Source of the DNA: Monocercomonoides exilis PA203
Lineage: Eukaryota; Protista; Preaxostyla
DNA: 64,000 bases
NCBI GenBank assembly: GCA_001643675.2
Contig: LSRY02000032.1
Location: forward strand, 682,001 to 746,000
Reading direction: 5' to 3'
The position numbers and the translations under genes were made by a program. The notes under the pieces were generated by a model, which saw only the letters and a list, made by a program, of their open reading frames with translations, was not told the origin of the DNA and made no database searches. This document shows, in pieces, positions 25,151 to 38,800 of the stretch (position 1 is its first letter; each line of letters opens with the position of its first letter).

Positions 25151-28100
25151 ATGAAAATCCACCGAAACAGGCTTATAAGATGGATTCCGTCAGCAGTACA
25201 TTCCATAGCTATTGACCCTTCTGGAAATTTTGCTGCTGTCGCAAGAGAAGATGGATCAATTGAAATCTATTGTTCTGGGCCAAACAAATCTTTTCATCTT
25301 GATAGATGCTTTCCTCCTCGAACATCCCTTCACATTAGAGGAATAAAATGGATTAGAAAAGATCCATCATCATATTCCTTCGAAAAAAATCCAGATTCTG
25401 AAAGCATTATACCTCAATATCGACTTATTTGTGGAACTCTTGGTGGGCAAATTATTGAATGGGATCTTGAAACTCTTAAAGAAAAACAAATTGTTGACAC
25501 TCACGGAGGCGCAATATGGTCTATTGCTGTTTCACCTGATGGAAAATTGATTGCTGCAGCGTGTGAGGATGGTGCAGTTCATCTAATTTCAACGGGAATT
25601 TCTGCTTCAAAAGATGAATCATTCGAAGCTGCCATGTATAATATGAAAAATAAACTTTCATATCTACAAATGCTCCCCAAAAGGAAAGGAAGAACATTGT
25701 CTGTTGCATTTTCTCAGGATTGCTCAGTCGTTTATTCAGCTGGAATCGATGGAATGATACATGGAACTCGAATAATGGGACAGGGCACACCAGAAGCAGT
25801 TCTTAAAATAGAGTTAGATCGAAAACGCGGTGAACGCCCTTGTGTTTGGGCTTTAGAAGTTGTGAATGGAGGTACAATTGTTTCAGGTGACAGTTGTGGA
25901 AGAGTTATATTTTGGTCTGCTACAACTGGCACACAACTCCAAGTCTTTAAGCAGCACGATGGAGATGTTGTTACATTTGCAAAGGATACAAATGGAAAGA
26001 GATTATTTGCGGGAGGAGTTGATGCAACAATTTCAGAATATAGACTGTCAGAAATGAGAGGAAGCAGCAAAGTCAGAGAAGAATGGCAGTTTGCTGGAAG
26101 ATCAAAGGAGCATACGCACGATGTGCTTTCTGTAGCATTTTGGGATCATTTTCAAGAGAAAATTATTTCTTCCATGTTTCGAGAAATACAAATGAAGCGC
26201 CTTGAAGAGATGGAAGAAGAAAGAAAAGAAGAAGAGGAAGAAGACGATGATGATAGCGAAGATGAAGCTGAAAAAGAGAACAGACGACAGAGATGGGAGA
26301 AAAGGCGAAAAGAAGAAACAGAAAGGATGGAGCTATTTCTTCAGGCAATGGAGCATCGGATGCAATACAACTCAGCCCGTGCTTTTGTGATAAGCGGCGG
26401 CGTTGACACGATTCTTGCGAAGCATTTCGTGACTGAGTCAAGAGCGGAAGTGCGTCCAGGAAAGGGATTTTCTGGAAATTCTGTGTCGAAAGATGCGCTG
26501 TACATTTCACCAATCGAAGGGCGCGTTGTGATGAATTGCTCAGCAGGGCAAGTGCGGTGGGCGATAATAAATGAAATGAAAGAGAAAGTTAAGTACAGAG
26601 AGATGCAAGTCGTTCTTGCACAGGACAGATACGAGCTGACACTTTGGGGGCTTCCTGAGAGTGCGAAATTGTCTTCGTCGACTTTGCCTTTTCCTGTCAG
26701 GCTGCTGCAGATAAAAAGGAAGAAAGCGGAGGAAGGAATGGCGTTTGTGTGTGCAGCACTTTCACCAGATGCTTCGCTGATCGCAGCGAGCGATGCTGAG
26801 GGAGTGACTTTTTATGTTGTTAATATAACGGGAAAGGAAGAAGGCCAAGAAGAAGAAGAAGAAGAAGACGAGGAGGAGGAGGAGGAGGAAGAATTTGATG
26901 AGTCAGAGATGGAAGAAGAAGAAGAAGAAAATGATGATGATGATAATGAAGATGACGTTGAAGAAGAGAAAGAAATGGAAGAAGACGAAGAATTAGAAGA
27001 AGGAGAAGATGAAGAAATGGAAGAAGAAGAAGAGGAAGATGACAAGAAAGAGGAGAATGATTCGTCAAATGAAGAAGAAGATGATGCAAAAAATAAGAAA
27101 GTAAAAGAAATAGAAAAGTTGATGAAGAAAAAGCAAGAAAAGGAAGAAAGAAAAACATCACCAAAAAGACGAAAGATTGAAGATTCAGAAGATGAAGATG
27201 AGGATAAAGAGGACAAAAGCATAGAAGACGATGCAAATTCCGTCAGTGAACAAGAAAGTGAAGGTGATGCTTCACTTGATGAAAACGAACATGACGAGTC
27301 TGAAGAATCACCAGAAAGTGACGTTCAGCCAGCCAAACACTCCAAAAAGAAGCAGAACACAAAGAAAGAGGCGAGCACTTCACAGCCACACACACTCACA
27401 AAGAAACATAACCACAGGCGATTGACAGCGCCTCTTGTTCCTCTTCCGCCGACAGCTGAGCCAGCAGAGTGGAAGAACACACTGCCACTGGCTGTGTCGT
27501 CCACACCCATCCACCACCCAGCCATCACAGACAGACTGCCTTATTCTTCTCATCTGCTGTTCTCATCAGACTCTTCTAGGCTCTTCTGCTGCTCACCTTC
27601 GGGTGAGTTTGCGGTCGTGTCGTTTGGCGTTGAGAGAGATAAAAAGGAAAGTTCGAATGCAAAACAAGAGACTGAAAAACAAAAGAAAGAGAAAGGAAAA
27701 GAAGGAAGTGATAATGACAAGCTGATGGATGACTCTGGTGAATCAGAAGCAGACGAAAAATTGCATCTTGAAAGATGGACAATCTCATCGCTTCAATTGA
27801 GCTGGCCTTCAACAGAAAAGAGAGGTTTGATAATTTTTTATGATTTTCTTCTTTTTTCGTGTTATTTTGAGTATTTACATTGCTGGATGTACACTTTTGA
27901 GTAGTATTTTGAATTTTCTTTGCATTTTCTTTTGAAGTTCCAAATTCCTCATTCTTTTTTCCTTAATATTTCTTTTTTTTATTTTATCTTCATTTCAAAC
28001 AACCCCTCCCCTCCTTTCCTCTACCCCCTTCATTTCCACAGCGCCCATCTGTGAAATGAAGCGGAATGTGCACAACACCCTCGTTGCATTGAAGGACAGC

Positions 28101-29160
28101 ACAAATCTGCTCTTCATTGTGGATGTGTCATCACCCACTCCGAAGCAGCTGGCGTGCATGCCCCGCATCCAGTCGTGCCCTCTGTTTGCCATCGATTCAT
28201 TGTCACACACGTCATTCACACAGCAAACACTTCAACCTTCTTCTGTTAATGACTCTTCTTCTTCTGTCTCTTCTTCTTCTGCTTCTAATTCTTCCGCCGA
28301 CAAGGGAAAGACAGCATCTTCTGAACAGCAATCTTCTTCTTCTTCTTCCTCCTCCTCCTCATCTTCTTCAACATCACCAGCAAAAGAGCAATCGACTCAA
28401 AACAGCAAATTGCCAAAGAGGAGAACCGTTCGGGATCCACCAGATCTTCTTGCATTCACTTTTGTTCCATCGCCCAAAAACTATTCATCAAAGACAAACG
28501 TTCCGTTGAATGTGATTAGAATAATCACAACAACTGGGAGCATTGTGGATTATGACATTGACGTGTGCACACTTCTTATTATTCTTCTGTTTTGACATAT
28601 ATTTTTAAATGAATAAATTATTTCTTTCCTATTTGAACTAATTTTTGTGATTGCAAAATTTCACTTCCTTTATAGTCGAATATGTTCCACTTTTGGAATC
28701 CAAAGATATCAACTCAAACACCATTAGAAGAGCTCATCAGCAAAATGAAAAAATCGTTTGAAATAACTTTTATTTCTGATTTATAACTTTACCAAACTGA
28801 TTTATGATTAATCACTTAATGGAAAATTTCCATTTTTCATTATTTATCATTTTTCTATATTTGTGCTTTAGGATCCTTGGGTTTGAGTATCTTTCTCCTC
28901 TGGAAACGAAATCGTCTAAGTTTTTGCTATGGACATCAACCGAGCTTATTCTTGTGAGCTACCGTTCTCCTTTTGCAAAAACCAACCACTCAAATTCTTC
29001 CTCCAAAACCAAAGGAGAAATTGTAGTTATGACTCAATTCAAACAGCTGGTGAATGTGGTTGCTCTTCTCAATGGAGACATCCACATTGTCGAGCAGCCT
29101 TGGACAAAGGTTGTACAGGCGCTTCCTGATCCTATTCGCAAGCACGAATACGGAACTTAA
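25151..29160 (+). CDS. UTP4: U3 snoRNA-associated protein 4 (Utp4/cirhin), WD40 repeats with acidic insertions
   Basis: N-terminus MKIHRNRLIRWIPSAVHSIA...AVAREDGSIEIY; WD motifs GGAIWSIAVSP, IVSGDSCGRVIFW and HTHDV; C-terminus VEQPWTKVVQALPDPIRKHEYGT. Spread over several exons. Confidence 0.9.
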
Positions 29161-29859
29161 TTCAATTAACTTTTTCTTTTGAATGAAAGTTATATGGATG
29201 GAAGTCATGAAAAAAAAAAAACAAGGAAAATTATTATTTATGATTCAAAAGTTACAGCAGACGAGAAGACTTTTCAACGTGTAAAACACTGTTTTTTTGA
29301 GTTTAGTTCGTTCGTTTGCTTGTATCTAATATTCATTTAATCATAATCTTCTCATTTCAACATTCATTTCATTTCATTTCAAATATAAAAACAAAAACGA
29401 AAAGATGTTGCTAATAGCATAATATACAAGCGAAGAAAGGAGAGGCAGCATTTGAAATAGGTATTATTTTCCATTAAAAAAAAAGAGAAGAAATAATTTT
29501 GAGAAGTCCTTTCTTCAACCATTGGGGATAAACATTGGAAAACTTCAACAACAAAACTTCGAATAACTAAAAAGCTGATAACACACACAAGAATTTAACA
29601 AATAAAGCTTCAAAAGCTCCATTTTCAAGCAATGAAAAAATTTGTTACTCAGTTAAAAAGCACTTATATTCATTTAAATCATCGTCTTAATACTTTAAAA
29701 TCCACAAAGCATTAAATTTCTCGAATTATAATAAAAATTTATTTTTTTTGATAAAACAATCTTTTCGAAAAATTGAGACTTTAATTCACAATTCTCAAAA
29801 TTGGGAATAGAACTCAAATAAATGGTCTAAAACATTCCAAAAATTAAGAAGCCTTAAAA

Positions 29860-32800
29860 ATGAAAGTTGTCTCATTCGATTTATTCGGAGAAAAAGCTCT
29901 AAATGTATTTATTGATAAACTATTAATGCAATTTGGGATGCAAAGATCATCCCATTGCTTCGACTCTTAAACATGCAAAGATTATTGAAGGAAGAAGTCT
30001 GTCTACAGCGATTGTCTTGTTGCGCATATTGCTTTAAATATTTTATTATATTTGTTTATTTTTGTTGTATGATGCAAACATTTTAGAAATATTTTGCAGA
30101 GCCAGAAATCTTGAAGAGCCAAAGCATTATTGATGTTCTTCTTGCTCGTTCTTATTTATCAACTGATAAGTTAGCATTTATATATCTTGATGATGGAGAG
30201 CGTATTGGACAACAATTATCTTATTTGCAACTTACCGAGCGTGCAAAGTCGATTGGAGCATATATTCAAAAGAAAAAATTGACTCATCGTTGCTGCTTGA
30301 TGCTTTATCCACTCGAAAGACTTCATTTTGTTGAAGGTTTTATTTTCATTGAAAATATTTTTTTGCACTAGCACCTTTAATTCAAATTGTATTGACTTTT
30401 TTTTAATCTTCAACAATATTCAGCATTTTTCGGAGTGATTTTTGCAGGATGCATTGCAATTCCATGCTATCCTCCAGACCCTAGTCGTCTAAAGAGAACA
30501 ATGGCTCGTTTCAGAGCTATCATTGAAGATGCAAAAAGTCCGGTTGTTTGCACAACTCAAGCCATGATGGGAATGCTCAAACCAGTTATTGCTTCTATCC
30601 CTGAATTTCATGACATTGAAATTTTATGGATTGTGACAGACCAAATTGATAACTCTTATGGAAAAGATTGGGTTAATCCAAATGCATCTAAAGATAGTTT
30701 AGCTTTTCTTCAATACACTTCTGGCTCAACCGGAGTACCTAAAGGTGTTATGGTGACTCATGGAAACATCATTGCAAATGAAAAGATGATTATCAACTGT
30801 TTCCATCACAGTTATGATATGGGTTCAATTTGCTGGCTTCCATTGTATCACGATATGGGTCTTATTGGTCACGTGTTTGGTTCAATGTGGTCTGGAGCTC
30901 CTTGCTATCTTATGGCTCCAACAGATTTCTTGAAAAAGCCATATCGGTGGGTGAAGGCAATTTCAGATTATAAACTTTCGGCTACAGGAGGACCAAACTT
31001 TGGATATGAGCTTGTTGTGAGAAAAACTACACTTGAAGAAAGAAGCAAGCTTGATTTGTCACATTGGAAATTGGCGTATTGCGGATCAGAGCCAATTCAT
31101 CCAGCAGTTGTTGAGCGTTTCTTCAGCTACTTTGCTCCAGTGGGAATCAAAAGAGACATATTTATCCCTTGCTTTGGTTTGGCAGAAGCAACGTTGATTG
31201 TGACTGGACATGAACTTGGAACAGTTCCGCGTATGCTGATGCTTGATCAAGATAAGTTGGGAAAAGGAGAAGCAGAAATTCTGTACTTCCCACCTGGAAA
31301 AGAAGAGGAAACAGGAATGGAAGCAAAATCCTCAAGCGCATCTGCAGTAATTGTCGATAAAGACTCAAAGAAGAGAAATGTGAAGTATTTGATGACAGCA
31401 GGAAAAGTTGTATGGGCAGCAAACATTCGAATTGTTTCCACTGCACCACCTTTTGTTGCACTTCCTGAAGGAAAAGTCGGAGAAATATGGACGAACTCGC
31501 CATCAGTGACAATGGGATACTGGGGAAGAGAAGAGGCAACACGCGAAACATTCAGAGCATTTCTCGACAATGGTGAAGGTCCCTTCATGCGAACAGGAGA
31601 TTTGGGCTTTTTGAATGATGGAGAGCTTTTTGTGTGCGGAAGATTGAAGGATGTGATGATTATCGGAGGAAAGAACATCTATCCACAGGACATAGAAACA
31701 ACCGCTGAGAAAACAGTGGATGCTTTGAGAGCTGGTTGCTCGGCTTGCTTTTCGATTGATTGTGACGATGTGCGAAAGTGGACAGAAAAGCAGATTATCG
31801 AAGAGAAGAAGCTGAATTACCTGTCAGAAGAAGACGCCCAGAATTCTCTGTCTTCGTTGGCAATGCAAAAGAAATCTAGTTCCTCAGAACGAGTCATCTA
31901 TGTTGCAGAAACCAAGACTGATGTGCTTCAAGAGGAAGCGAAAGAGATTGTGCATGCAATCCTCGACAGCGTTTCCACACATCACGACCTGTCTCTCTAT
32001 GCCGTTGCACTGATCAAAGAGAGAACCATCTTGAAGACCACATCGGGCAAAATCCAGCGAAGAGGCACAAAAGCCGCCTTTCTTGATTTTGAGCTGGATT
32101 CTCACTACATTTGGCGCGAGGGGGTTCCACTTCCATCGACAACAGGAGGAAAAGACGGAGCATCCAAAGCCAGAACTGCATCAACATCATCTGCATCATC
32201 ATCTTCTTCTGATGGAAAAGCAGAAACAATGACAAGACAGAAAGCAGCACATCATCTGTCGCAGCCAACAGCTCGCAATGCTGGTTCTCAACAAGCAGGA
32301 GACGGGATGAGAGAGTCATCACCTTCACCAACACCTTCTCCATCTCTGTCGCCTTCGATGTCTCCCTCTCTTTTTGAGCCTGTTTATGGCCAGCAAGCAG
32401 CACTCGAGTCGGAATACGTGTCTTTCCTGCAGAAAAAGATAGCCGAGAGAAAAGGATGGGATCCGTCGACAATCGATTGTGAGGAGACGTTCTCTGCCTT
32501 TGGAATTGACTCAAAAGAAGGCTATGGGCTGATTGGAGAGATTGAAGAGCACACAAATGTGAGGTTGGACAACACTGTTTTGTTTGATTATCCAAACATC
32601 GGCTCGCTTGCAGCATATCTTGCTGGAAGGGCAATCGAGGAACAGGACGAAGAAGCAATAAAAGGCAGATTGGAAGCACAACGAGCAGAAAGAGAAGGAC
32701 ATGAGGGAAACAACGAAGAGATGAGATCAATCAACAGACCCGACGAGTGCAGTGCCAAACAACTTCTTTCTTCTGAGGTGTCAAAAGCACGAGAAGCACA

Positions 32801-35800
32801 ACAGAAGGAGTTGATTGCGATTGTCGGTATGAGCTGTCGTTTCCCCGGCGCCCACTCGACACAAGAGTTCTGGAACAACATCTGCAACGGAGTGGATTCC
32901 ATCACACGCGTGCCTTCCTCTCGTTGGGATGCTGATGCATTCTATTCGCCTGCCCCGTCCACACCTGGCAAGATGAACACACGAATGGGTGGCTTCATCG
33001 ACGGCATCGACCAGTTTGACAGGCGCTTCTTCGGCCTGTCAAACGAAGAGGCAGCAGCGATGGATCCGCAACAGCGCCAAGTTCTGGAGGTGGCTGTGGA
33101 AGCAATCGAAGATGCTGGAATAACACTCAATTCACTAACAGGCTCACCAACTGGTGTCTTTGTTGCAGCTTCTGGATCAAGCGACTATGCTGCAATGCAA
33201 CACAATCCTCATTCATATCAGATGATGGCCAACCAACACAATACCGATCCTTCCTCATCTGATTTGCCTGCTGCCAGCGCCAGCTATTCAGCAACAGGAT
33301 CTGCCATGTCCATTGTTGCAAACAGAATCTCATATCTTCTGGATCTCAGAGGCCCATCAGTTTCAATGGACACAGCTTGCTCATCTTCACTGGTTGCATT
33401 AGATGCAGCTGTCTCTGCTTTGCGTTCTGGACGATGCTCTGTTGCACTGACAGCAGGTGTGAATGTGATCTTGTCTCCGCTGGTGTCTGTGAATCTCTCT
33501 CAGGTTGGTTTCCTCTCACCAGACGGTCACTGCAAAGCATTTGATGCCTCTGCGAATGGCTATGTGCGGAGCGAAGGGTGTGGGTGCGTTGTGCTGAAGC
33601 CGCTGTCTGCTGCTCTGCGAGACGGTGACCGCATCTACGCGTGTGTGCGCTCGACAGCAGTCAACCAGGACGGCAAGTCGAATGGGCTGACTGCACCCAA
33701 CCCGAAGGCTCAGGAAGAGTGTCTGCGGGCAGCTGTGGCTGGGGCGTTGATGGACGGTGCAGCATTGCAGGTGATTGAGGCACACGGGACAGGCACAGCA
33801 CTCGGCGACCCTATCGAAGCCAAAGCGATTTCACACGTTTATTGCCCACCGAACAGAAATGCGAAGAATCCCCTGCTTGTAACTGCAGTGAAGTCGAACA
33901 TTGGCCACTCTGAAATTGCTGCTGGAATGGCTGGGCTGATCAAGACAGCGCTGTCTATCTACACAAAAGTGATTCCTGGTGTTGCCCTCTTCAGAGAATG
34001 CAACAACGCTATCGACGAAGAGCAGCTCAAAATACAGATCGTGAGAAAGACACAGCCATGGCCAAACACAAATGCATGCGGCATCCGATTTGCTGGTGTG
34101 TCCTCATTTGGATTTGGAGGTACCAATGCACACACTATTTTGCAATCGGTTCCAGTTGAAGCTTGCAGAGAAACCGAAGAAGATGCAGATGCTGTGACCG
34201 TTTCGAAGGCATCTGCAGCTGGAATGGTTGCATCACCACCACCTGAATCATCCTCATCTCCAAGTGGAAACGAGAATGAGAACTCACTTCCTGTTGTGCT
34301 TCCTCTGTCTGCAAAGACACAACCATCGCTGAAGCTGCTTATGTCTGCCTTCAAAAAGTACCTGAAGGAAATGGTACAGAACAACTACACATATTCTCTC
34401 TCATCGCTTGTCTCTCCTCTGTTCTTCAACCGCAATCACCATCCAGAGCGTGCAGCTGTCACTGGACGGAATGTGGAAGAGCTTGTCGGCTCGATCGATG
34501 CACTGCTCAGCGACAAGCCACCAAAAGTGGGCGGAGCAACAGGCAGAGCAGCACGAAATGTGGGTGCAGGCACAAAAGTTGGGTTTGTGTTTGTGGGACA
34601 AGGAACAGCATATCCACACATGTGCCAGGAGCTGATGAAAGTGGAAGGACCATTCAAAGACACGATGACAAAGATACAGAAATTGATTCTGGAAATCAAT
34701 CCTAAATTGGACATTTTGAAAGAGATGATGGCAGACAAAGAGAACAGCCGATTGAGCGCATCTACAGCAGTGTCACAGCCATGCATATTTGCAGTGGAGG
34801 TAGCACTGGCAGAGCTGGTGAAGTCGTGGGGTGTGGAGGCGTCGGCGGTGGTGGGGCATTCGATTGGGGAGATTGCAGCGAGTGTGGTGTGTGGAGCGAT
34901 GAGCATGGAGGAGGCAGTGCGTCTGGTGGTGATCCGTGGGGAGTGCATGAGCCGAGCGAAGGAAGGCGGGGCGATGGCGGCAGTGGAGATGTCAGTGGAG
35001 GAGGTGATGAAAGTGCTGGAGAAGTGTGGGGTGAAAGAGAGCTCGGTGACGATTGGGGCGTGGAACAGCCCAACATCGGTGACGCTGTCAGGAGAGACAG
35101 GAGCGATGGACAAAGTGCTTGGGGAGCTGGAGAAGACAGGAGTGTTCTGCCGGAAACTGGATGTGTCGTCAGCGTTCCACACGTGGTACATGGACTCGGC
35201 GCGGGAAGAGCTGGAGAAGCGACTGGGGGTTGTGAAGAACACACATGGGAAGATTGCGTTTGTGTCGACAGTGAGTGGGGAAGAGATTGATGGAGAAGAG
35301 CTGACTGGAGAGTATTGGGGAAAACAAATCAGATCTCAAGTCAAATTCTGCAAAGCTATCGAAACGATGGCAGAAAAAATGAAGATTCGCACTTTCATTG
35401 AAATTGGACCACATCCAGCACTCATACGAAACATTGCAAGTTGTGTAGAAGCAGCTGCCACTTCATCTGCTTCAGCATCAGCCACAATTATTCCAACTCT
35501 TATTCGAAATGAAGACTCATCAGTTGCCATCTCCACAACTATATGCCATCTTTACACCGCAGGAATCCTGCTTCCACAGGCTGTCAGCGCCATCTTTGGA
35601 ATTGTGCGCAAGCCATTCTATGAAACGCCGTTTATTGCATCTCATCCACTTCCACTCACTCCATGGAACCACGAGCGATGCTGGGTGGGCACAGTCTCAT
35701 CAGAACCCTTCAGAGCAGCTGCGCTTTTCTCAAAAACAGCAAGTGCAGTTGATCCACTGGCTGAAGATGCGTCATATGAAGAGCATTTTGTGCCTGCTGC

Positions 35801-38800
35801 ATTGCCAGCCACAAGAACAGGATCAAAGAAGGACAAGAATTTTGTTGTGCTGCTGCCGCAGAAGGAGATGACAGAGCCGATGAAGCATTTGGTCGAGCTG
35901 TTTGCCAGAAAAGGAGACAGAGTGGTGTTTGTTCTCCCACCAGCCACTACACATCACTCGTTCAGCAAATCAAACGAGAAAGGCAAGCAGGAAAAGAAAC
36001 AGGCAAAGATCGAAATTCTGACACCACAAACAAATGAAGTTGTGAGAAGCTATCTGTCTGGATTGAAGCCGAAAGGAAGATCAACTTCAGCTTCAGCATC
36101 ATCCTCTTCTTCTTCTGTTGTGGAATGCCCAGATCAGTTTCTGTTTCTGCAGAGCCCGTCGGATCCGTCTCGGTTGCCGACGCTGTTTGAGATGATGGGC
36201 ACACACTTCATCGGAGGAAGTGAAAGCGAAGGAGCATTCTCTGTGGTGTATGGCTGGGCACTCGACGGAGTATCGTCTGATTCGAGTGAGTTGAAAGCAC
36301 CCACATCAGCCGTGGCAGCCACCTTCCACACGTTTGTGTCGTCGTGGATTGCACACTTTTCGGGTGTGCCTCGTCTGTTTGTGCTGACAGCGGGTGTGGC
36401 ACCTGTGGACTGCACAGGAAATGCTCTGTCGAGCACAGCTGGATGCAACCACTTGACACGCGTGGCTGATCTACAGAAGGAGAAGACAGAAGACGCGAAG
36501 GATGTATCAAACACACTTTCTGAGGCGCCTCTGTGGGGATATGCAGGGAGCATTGGAGTTGAGTATCCAGACTCACACTGCAGTGTGGTGGATGTGAGTG
36601 CTGCACCTGAGGCATCAGCTGAGGATGTGGCTGCATTGTATGCTGAACTCCACTCAGCTACCGAGCAGAGCGAAGATCGAGTGGCCATCCGCGAAGGCAG
36701 CAGGCTGGTGGCAAGACTCAGAAAAGGAGCAGTGTTTGGGAGCGAGTTGGAGAATGAGGAGAATAACTTTGAGGCAGAAGAGCAGAAACAGCATGGAGCA
36801 AGGAAAGGAGAGAGCAGTGGGGCATATGTGATCACAGGTGGATTTGGTGGGTTTGGGCGAAGAGTGGCAGCGTTTCTGGCGTCGTCTGGTGCGACAGCGA
36901 TTGTTCTGGTGGATGTTGCGATTCCGCCCCCATCATCGCCAGCAGGCACAGCCGTTGCTACTCTGAAGTCGGCCTTCAGCCGGTGTAAATTCGATGCGAT
37001 TGCATGCGACGTGGGAGATGCACAGACGCTGCGGCAGAAGCTGATGGAGGTGCCATCCATTGGCCCCAAGCTGCGCATCCGCGGGGTGATGCACTGTGCA
37101 GGGCTGTTGTCGCAGAAGCTAATTGTGCAGTTCAGCGAGGAAGAAATGGCAAAGGTGATGCGTCCGAAGGTGGAAGGAGGATGGGCGCTGCACGAGATTG
37201 CGTTGGAATCTGCGCGTCTGTCGCCTTCTATGCTGAAGCACTTTGTGGTGTGGTCGTCGATCTCTGCTGTCGTTCCAACACACGGCGAGGCTGCATATGC
37301 ATCAGCCAATGCGTTTCTGGATGCGCTGACACAATACAGACGATCAATTGGACAGCCATCCACGTGTCTGAACTGGGGTGTGATTGGAGATGCAGGAATG
37401 ATCACCACACAGTCATCAGCCACGCTGAATGCGATGAAAGACATCGGACTTGGATCCACACCAATCGACACAGCAGTCAGAATTCTATCACACACACTTC
37501 AGTTCCCTCCAGCGAATGGGCAGCAGCAGGTGTATCGGCTGGACTGGCAGAAGTGGCTGGAGCTTCACCCAGCAACAAGAAGATACGATGAAGTGAAGCC
37601 ACGTCCAATATCATCAGCAGCCAGTCTGCTGGATGCATACGAGCAAGCAGGAGCATCCGATGCATCAGCCTCAGCATCTTCTGCATCTGCTTCGAGTTCA
37701 GCGTCTGCCTCAGGAGCAGCAGGAGGCATTGCACGAAGCTTTGAGGAGATCAAAGAGTGGCTGCTGGATGCAGTGAGCGAGCATCTGGGAATGAAAGCAG
37801 AGGAGATTTCGCCTGAAGAGCCGCTGATGCAGTATGGCCTGGACAGCATGGGAGTGATGTCACTGACACGGGCACTGTCGTCATATCTGGGTGTGACTAT
37901 CTCACCCACACTTTTGTATTCATACAGCACAGTCACACAGATCGCGTCACACTTTGCAGCTTCTGATGAAGAGCTGGCTCAATCATCTGCCTCTGCTTCA
38001 TCATCATCGACATCTGGTTCATCATCATCAATTTTGAAGAAGGAATCATCGCTTGGCAAGTCATCTCCACTCGACTCGTCTCTGGCGATTGTGGGGATGA
38101 GCTGCAGATATCCAGGCTCGTGCCACTCGCTGGCCGAGTTTTGGTCGTTCCTTCAGACGAAGAAGGATGGAGTGATTGCAGTGCGTCCAGACAGATGGGA
38201 CATCGAGACATACTTGGCAAAGGACAACGACACGCAGGCGCCTGGGAAGATGGTGTCTCCTTGTGTTGGGTCATACGACGAGATGGACAAGTTTGATCCA
38301 CACTTCTTTGGGATCTCTCCGAGGGAGGCAGAGCGGATGGACCCACAACAGCGTTTGGTGCTGGAGTGCAGCTGGGAGGCGCTGGAAGATGCAGGAATTG
38401 TGCCAGAGTCGCTGAGCGGGAGCGACACGGGGGTGTTTGTGGGCATCTCGTACTCAGACTACGGGATGATGCAGAACGGGAGCATCAATGATGTGAACCC
38501 GTACTCTTCGACAGGCGGGGCACTATGCATGGCAGCCAACAGGCTGTCGTATCTGCTTGATCTGCGCGGGCCGTCGGTGGCGTGTGACAGCGCGTGCTCG
38601 TCTTCGCTGTCTGCGCTGCATCTGGGCGCAAACTGCATCAAGCAGGACGAGTGCAGCCTGGCCATTGTGAGTGGTGTGAACTCAGTGCTGCTACCACACG
38701 GAGCCATTGCCCTGACGAAGACAAGTGCTCTGTCGCCAGAAGGAAAGTGCAAGACATTCGACTCCTCTGCCGATGGGTTTGTGCGTGCTGAGGGGTGTGG

